64,000 bases of DNA from Spirochaetia bacterium (GTDB lineage Bacteria > Spirochaetota > Spirochaetia > DSM-2461), in contig CAXXIA010000001.1 in assembly GCA_963666985.2 (NCBI GenBank), forward strand, positions 1,120,001 through 1,184,000. Direction: 5' to 3'. Shown here piece after piece: positions 58,574 through 64,000 of the stretch. The notes below the pieces were generated by a model that ran no database searches, was not told the origin of the DNA, and was given only the letters and a program-made list of their open reading frames with translations. The stretch's first letter is position 1, and the number at the start of each line of letters is the position of its first letter. A program made the translations under genes and the position numbers.

Positions 58574-60302
58574 AAAGGGGCTGTCTCATAAGAGGCGGCC
58601 CTTTTTCATGTCTGGAAGAATTCCCTTCTGAATTCAAGGGTGGTAGAATTCTTCATGGACACTAAAAAGAAGGCTACATTCAAAGATTACGAAATCAGCC
58701 AACAGATGCTCCTGCCTCCAAGTCTCGATGAACTGCTTCCCGCAAACCATATATCCCGCACAATCAACAACTTCATCGACACGATGGATACCAGTGAGCT
58801 CTTCAACGCCTATCCGGGAGGCGGTGCCAGCAGCTACCACCCGGTGATGATGCTGAAGGTTCTGGTGTTGGCCTACTCGAAACAGCTGTATTCCTGTCGT
58901 CAAATCGCAGACGCTCTTCGTGAGCAGATATGCTTCATGTGGATCAGTGGTAATAACCGTCCTGATTTCCACACGATAAACAGATTTCGTAACGGTCCAT
59001 TGAAGAAGAGCATCGAGAAAATCTTTGCCTCAATGGCCAACAGCCTCATCGAGAGCGGACATGTCCAGATGGAGAACTACTTTCTCGACGGCACAAAAAT
59101 CGAATCAGCAGCTAACAAATACACATGGGTATGGGGCCGGGCGACAGACAAGTTCCAGAAGCGCCTGGCCGGCAATATGGATGAGCTTTTCGAATACATC
59201 GACCGCATCAATGAAGAAGAGGATGAGAAGTACGGCGACCATGACCTTCCCCATGTGGATCCTCAAGGCAGGCCGATGTCGGAGATTCTCGAAGATGCGG
59301 TATCCAAGCTCAATGAAGAGCTGCGCAAGGATCGGGAGGAGCGAGAAAAGAAGGAGATTCAACGGAGATTGAATACCGCTAGCAAGGACTATCTCCCTCG
59401 TGCCAAAAAGTATGAGCAGCAGAAGAGAATCCTCGGCGACCGAAATAGTTACTCGAAAACAGACTATGATGCGACTTTCATGCGGATGAAAGAAGACTAT
59501 ATGAAAAATGGTCAGCTCAAGCCCGGGTACAACATCCAAATGGGTACTGAGAACCAGTTCATCCTCGGATATAGCATCCACCAGAGTCCCGGTGACTCCC
59601 TGACATTGCCGCTACATATGGAGAAACTGAAAAAGAATCTGAAACGCTATCCGAAAAGAATCATTGCTGATTCAGGATATGGTAGTGAAGAGAACTACCA
59701 GTGGTGTGAGGATCATGGTGTCGAGAAGTACATCAAGTTCAGCTACTTCCACAGGGAGCGGAAACGGAAGTTCAAGAAGCAGATTCATATGAAAGAGAAC
59801 TGGGACTATCGTGCCTCTGATGATACATACCGGTGCCCCAAGGGTCGCCGATTCAAACACGAGGAGACCAGAATCTCGAAAACAGGTTCAGGATTTCCGA
59901 CCACTGAAAAAAGGTATACAGGCCCTGGATGCCAAAGGTGTTCTCTCCGAATCCGGTGCTGCAAATACGGAGGCAAAGAGCGCATCCTGACGGTTCGTCC
60001 AAACCTGGAACGGCATAAGTCTGAAGTGCGCAAGTTGCTGACTTCAGAGGAAGGACTGAGAATGCGCTCTCTCAGGCCGATTGAAGTCGAATCTGTATTC
60101 GGAGATATCAAGACGAATATGGGATTTCGGAGATTCCGAACCAGGGGATTGAAGATGGTCAGTACTGAATGGGGACTGTTGAGTATGGCTCATAACATGA
60201 GGAAGCTACAGAAACGATAAGGGGATGGGAGGGAACCTCCCGTCTTCGGAGGTCAACCAAATTTTAAAAGGGGCTGTCTCAAACTAATGAGACAGCCCCT
60301 TT
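58574..60302 (+). mobile_element. IS1182-family insertion sequence
   Basis: Perfect 16-bp terminal IR AAAGGGGCTGTCTCAT (58574-58589)/ATGAGACAGCCCCTTT (60287-60302) enclosing a single transposase. Confidence 0.88.
58655..60220 (+). CDS. IS1182-family DDE transposase
   Basis: LLPPSLDEL, YHPVMMLK, PDFHTINRFR, DGTKIESAANKYT, SKTDYDATFMRMKED, GYNIQ, ADSGYGSEEN, VESVFGDIK...GFRRF, AHN. Confidence 0.93.
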   Translation: MDTKKKATFKDYEISQQMLLPPSLDELLPANHISRTINNFIDTMDTSELFNAYPGGGASSYHPVMMLKVLVLAYSKQLYSCRQIADALREQICFMWISGNNRPDFHTINRFRNGPLKKSIEKIFASMANSLIESGHVQMENYFLDGTKIESAANKYTWVWGRATDKFQKRLAGNMDELFEYIDRINEEEDEKYGDHDLPHVDPQGRPMSEILEDAVSKLNEELRKDREEREKKEIQRRLNTASKDYLPRAKKYEQQKRILGDRNSYSKTDYDATFMRMKEDYMKNGQLKPGYNIQMGTENQFILGYSIHQSPGDSLTLPLHMEKLKKNLKRYPKRIIADSGYGSEENYQWCEDHGVEKYIKFSYFHRERKRKFKKQIHMKENWDYRASDDTYRCPKGRRFKHEETRISKTGSGFPTTEKRYTGPGCQRCSLRIRCCKYGGKERILTVRPNLERHKSEVRKLLTSEEGLRMRSLRPIEVESVFGDIKTNMGFRRFRTRGLKMVSTEWGLLSMAHNMRKLQKR

Positions 60303-60331
60303 ACGAGTTTCTTCGCAACTGAGATTTACAA

Positions 60332-62953
60332 CTAAGATGCGGCCTCTTTGTTCTTCAGATTAATCTGCGCTATGGTAAGCTTCGCCACGGGGATGCCGTA
60401 GGGAGAACAGCTGACGTAATTTAAACCGGCTTCCATGCAGAAGGCGATATTCTCCGGCTCGGCGCCGTGTTCGCCGCAGAGGCCGCACGTAAGATCCGGT
60501 CTGACGAAGCGTCCTCTTTCCGTGGCCATGCCGACGAGCTCTTTTACCGGCTCCTGAAGATACTGGAACGGATTTTTGTCCAGAAGGTCATACTCGTTGT
60601 AATCGGTGAAGAATGAGTTGAAATCGTCGCGGCTCAGTCCGAGACAAGTCTGAGTCAAATCGTTCGTTCCGAAACTGAAAAAGTCCGCATAGTTGGCGAT
60701 TTTATCCGCAAGGAGGGCCGCCGCCGGCAGCTCGATCATGGTTCCCACGTGATATTCAATCTTTTCCTCGCCGTTCTTTTCGCGGAGTTCTTCTTCTATC
60801 TGCCTGATTCCGACAATTTCAAATCCTTCGATTTTCTTTCCGAAACGAACCGTTTTAACTTCCCTGGGGCTCATGATGATGGGAATCATGATTTCAGGCT
60901 TACAGACGATCCCTTTATCTTTGCGGAGCTTAAAAGCCGCCTCAAAGATGGCTTCAACCTGCATACGATAAATCTCAGGGTATGTGATGGCCACACGAAC
61001 ACCGCGATGACCGAGCATGGGATTCACTTCGCTGGTCATGTCGCAGCGCAGTCTGATTTCGGCTTCGGGTGTTTTCGGATGATCTTTTTTGTAAAACGCG
61101 ATGAAATCATCCATCGTTTCCTTACTGTGCGGAAGGAATTCATGGAGCGGAGCATCAAGCAGACGGATGGTAACGGCTTTATCCTCCATCACCTCGAACA
61201 GTCCGTAGAAATCGCTTGCCTGCATCTTCTTGAGCTTCGTCAGAATCTTTTCGCGCTCATTCCTGTCGGAAGCAATAATGAGAGAACGGAAGGTCTGAAT
61301 ACGCTTTTCGTTGAAGAACATATGCTCGGTTCGGCACAGACCGATTCCGTCGGCAAGAAACTGCTTGGCGAGCTTGGCGTCTTTCGGCTGATCGGCGTTG
61401 GCATGAACATCAAAATCGAAGATCTGATGCTGCACTACTTCCAAGAATTCCAAAAGTCCGCTCTTTTCAATGTCGGGTTCGATCAAATCCAGCTTGCCGA
61501 AATAAATCGTGGGATCTTCATAGGAAGGAACATCCAGGCAGATATAATCACCTTCCGTAATCACCTTGTCACCGATTTTCAAACCTGCCTTGGAGAACAT
61601 GATATTCGGGTTCACCATGGCGACTTTACCCAATGATCGGGCGACAACCGGCGCATGAGAGGCATAACCGCCTTCACGGGTTAAAACGCCTTTGGCAGCC
61701 TCGATGGCCTTCACGTCCTCGGCATACGTTGAGTTCATCGCCAGAATGAAATTCGTCTCCAGTCCTCTTTGACTTGCGATCCGGAACTCCTTCATCAAGC
61801 TTTCGGTATTGAAGAAGACTCGGCCGACGGCGGCGCCCATGGCGCCGGAGATGCCGCCGGTAACGGAAGGAACTTTCGTGGCGGATCGTTTATCGATAAT
61901 GGGATGCAGAATCTCGGAAAGACGTCCGGACTGAACGGTATTGATGACATACGCATCATCAACGACTTTTTTCGAAAGCAAATCCAATAAGGTTCTGATT
62001 TCGGCCTGCGCCGATTTACCGGGAACACTCGATTGATCGATAATCCAGAGCTTTCCGTTCTCGACGTTAAATTTGATATTTCGAATTTCTTTGTAGGATG
62101 TTTCCAGCTGCTTGCCGATTTTCTCCAGTTTTTCCAAATAGGTCTTGCTGATCTTGCGAATCGGCTGCCCCGCGGCTTCCGTGGCATCAAAAGCATTCAG
62201 GAAGAAATCACCCGTTATAACATCTTCACCCGTTATGGAATCGCGCGTGGAATAACTGCCGAAGAAGCAGTCTTTGCCGTAATTCCCGAACGTCATCGCC
62301 TGAACGAGGATGGCCGAATCACTTAAGGTTTCACTGTCGGCAAACAGTTTGCGGAACAGTCCTTTGACGAATTGGAACTGTTCGGTCGCATGAGCAAAAA
62401 TCTCTTCCGGATAGATGGCTTTCACCTTCTCAAGGATTTTCTTGATGGCCGCTGTGGTCTTGGCTTTCTTAATTTCTACAATTGTTTTTTCAAGAAGTCC
62501 CCGCCGCTCTTCGTCGCCGGTCGTTAAGAGCTCCAGTTCCATAATTCGTTGCAGAACTCCGCGATACTCGTGGTAGGCGAAATCCTCGCCGACGAAACCG
62601 GCAAAGCCGTCGATTGTCGTATCGCATAATCCGACATTATGAATGCTGGAGAATGTATGAACCATATTCAGCATGGGACTGACGACCAGCTTAATCAAAA
62701 GCGGATTATCCTTATCCCACATCTTTTCCAGGATTCCGCCCATTTTGTTAAAAGCGTTCTGATAAATTGAATCGTGGGCCTCGGGATCTTCTTCATCCTC
62801 AGCCAGGAATGCTTCGGTTAAAATGAATCCGGGCAGAATGGGGATTCCCAAAGACGCCAGATCCATAAGGTTCCTGCCGCGCATTCCAAAATGCTGGATG
62901 ATATCCTCATCTTTCGTGAATTCGCTGCTGCTAAATGAAAATATTTCTTTCAT
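60332..62953 (-). CDS. ppdK: Pyruvate phosphate dikinase-like PEP-utilising protein with a degenerate nucleotide-binding domain
   Basis: Full PPDK architecture with SHAPVVAR, GIGLCRTEHMFF, TIRLLD, NPMLGHRG, MIELP, GTNDL, CGEHG intact, but N-domain ATP/Pi motifs altered. Start reassigned to ATG 62953. Confidence 0.85.
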   Translation of the reverse strand: MKEIFSFSSSEFTKDEDIIQHFGMRGRNLMDLASLGIPILPGFILTEAFLAEDEEDPEAHDSIYQNAFNKMGGILEKMWDKDNPLLIKLVVSPMLNMVHTFSSIHNVGLCDTTIDGFAGFVGEDFAYHEYRGVLQRIMELELLTTGDEERRGLLEKTIVEIKKAKTTAAIKKILEKVKAIYPEEIFAHATEQFQFVKGLFRKLFADSETLSDSAILVQAMTFGNYGKDCFFGSYSTRDSITGEDVITGDFFLNAFDATEAAGQPIRKISKTYLEKLEKIGKQLETSYKEIRNIKFNVENGKLWIIDQSSVPGKSAQAEIRTLLDLLSKKVVDDAYVINTVQSGRLSEILHPIIDKRSATKVPSVTGGISGAMGAAVGRVFFNTESLMKEFRIASQRGLETNFILAMNSTYAEDVKAIEAAKGVLTREGGYASHAPVVARSLGKVAMVNPNIMFSKAGLKIGDKVITEGDYICLDVPSYEDPTIYFGKLDLIEPDIEKSGLLEFLEVVQHQIFDFDVHANADQPKDAKLAKQFLADGIGLCRTEHMFFNEKRIQTFRSLIIASDRNEREKILTKLKKMQASDFYGLFEVMEDKAVTIRLLDAPLHEFLPHSKETMDDFIAFYKKDHPKTPEAEIRLRCDMTSEVNPMLGHRGVRVAITYPEIYRMQVEAIFEAAFKLRKDKGIVCKPEIMIPIIMSPREVKTVRFGKKIEGFEIVGIRQIEEELREKNGEEKIEYHVGTMIELPAAALLADKIANYADFFSFGTNDLTQTCLGLSRDDFNSFFTDYNEYDLLDKNPFQYLQEPVKELVGMATERGRFVRPDLTCGLCGEHGAEPENIAFCMEAGLNYVSCSPYGIPVAKLTIAQINLKNKEAAS

Positions 62954-63025
62954 GGCTCTCTCCCATGTGGTTACACAGAAAGCGCCCCGACTCAAAGCCG
63001 GGGTTCGGAATAGGCCGCTAGGCCG

Positions 63026-64000
63026 TTAAAAGAGTTGAAGTATCGTACCCGGTGCTCCATGGAGGAACGCCTCAAATCGCTGGCTGGCGCCTTCAAAAAG
63101 ATATTTTCTTAATTTTGAAAGATCCGTTGGGTTATCTCCGGCGACACTGAACATAATCGGGGTACCGTGCTTTACCTTACCCCATTTGAAAAGGGCATTT
63201 ATATCGTTAATCCGTTCACCATCATACCAGATAAGAACATCAAGATGAGGATACTTGAATCGATAGCTTTCAATAATCCTTTTCCAGGCCTCAACATTCC
63301 CGTTATGAAACAATTCGTTCGTAACATTGACGCCGATCTTGGCCGTAAGTTTCTTCGATCCGCCCGTCTGCGGAGGCGGAACGACGCTTTGAGAGGCCGG
63401 AGATTCTTCCGATACGGAAGCACTCTTGACAGGAGGGGCCTGCGGTGCCGGCTTCTCTTCTTCCAAATACCGCTTAAGACGGTCGGATCCCTTGTAGCCG
63501 GCCTTTCCTTTTGTTTTACCGCCGTAGAGCAGCGAAAAAACATCGGCAACGGCGCTTTCCAAAAGATCGGCTTTTACCTCGCCCGGCGATCCGACATAGC
63601 ACACGATGTGCTCATCTTTCGCCAAAGGAAGCGCCGCTTCCCAGGGACCGGGATCTTCCGGATTTAAAAGATGAATTCCGTTATTGGCATCGGTATAAAC
63701 CAATACCACCTGCAGTTTGTTCCAGCCCTCGGCGACCTTGGAGAGTCCGTCCATGGTTTCAACATTCTGTTTCAGATTTTCCGAAGCAAACGCATAGCCG
63801 AATTTTTCGGCCAAGAGAATGTTCACAACCGGACGGATTTGGAATTCCTCAATCTTTTCTTCGTCAAGAGCGGCATTGAGGATGTCGGCCAGATTATATC
63901 CCTCGCCGACATCCCCTGAAAATTCCTGCGCCGTCCGGAAGTGGCGCAAGGCTAAGTTGTATCCGGCCCTGCGGGCCAGTAAATTCAGCTGGTTATTCCG
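63026..64000 (-). CDS. Hypothetical protein with C-terminal HPr-like domain; 5' end lies outside the window
   Basis: Frame is open to base 64000; unknown N-domain, Pro/Ser-rich linker, then VNVTNELFH...DVLIWYDGERIN...VKHGTPIMFSVAGDN. Confidence 0.75.
   Translation of the reverse strand, partial: RNNQLNLLARRAGYNLALRHFRTAQEFSGDVGEGYNLADILNAALDEEKIEEFQIRPVVNILLAEKFGYAFASENLKQNVETMDGLSKVAEGWNKLQVVLVYTDANNGIHLLNPEDPGPWEAALPLAKDEHIVCYVGSPGEVKADLLESAVADVFSLLYGGKTKGKAGYKGSDRLKRYLEEEKPAPQAPPVKSASVSEESPASQSVVPPPQTGGSKKLTAKIGVNVTNELFHNGNVEAWKRIIESYRFKYPHLDVLIWYDGERINDINALFKWGKVKHGTPIMFSVAGDNPTDLSKLRKYLFEGASQRFEAFLHGAPGTILQLF

Overview
Bacterial chromosome segment of a spirochaete (Spirochaetota, probably a free-living Spirochaetaceae-like organism). 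The assignment is inferred from the rpoZ-miaA-bS22 order, a Borrelia-order mevalonate operon and a type-2 IleRS. Most genes are housekeeping: DEAD-box helicase, miaA, rpoZ, folB, rlmN, asnS, prs, gatCAB plus non-discriminating aspS, a diguanylate cyclase/HD-GYP pair, gltBD (gltB carries a +1 frameshift), pyrG, nrpR, thiI, hisFH, ileS, APS reductase, aminopeptidase P, a six-gene mevalonate operon, two J-domain proteins, a class III cyclase, a MinD/FlhG-like ATPase and one IS1182-family element. The most interesting signal is at the right end. A PPDK homologue has lost its ATP/Pi-site residues but keeps the phospho-His and PEP site, and it sits directly behind a gene whose C-terminal domain reads like HPr with the active-site His kept. 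This suggests an undescribed PEP-driven phosphorelay. Other notable signals are a candidate bacterial NrpR operator (CGGCA-N6-TGCCG) at the gltB and nrpR promoters, a probable ATA start codon for miaA, a thioredoxin-like domain fused to APS reductase, widespread leaderless-type promoters, a MinD-type membrane anchor on the RNA helicase, and small MITE-like repeats. No rRNA, tRNA or CRISPR array was recognised. All calls come from reading motifs by eye; no database search was run.
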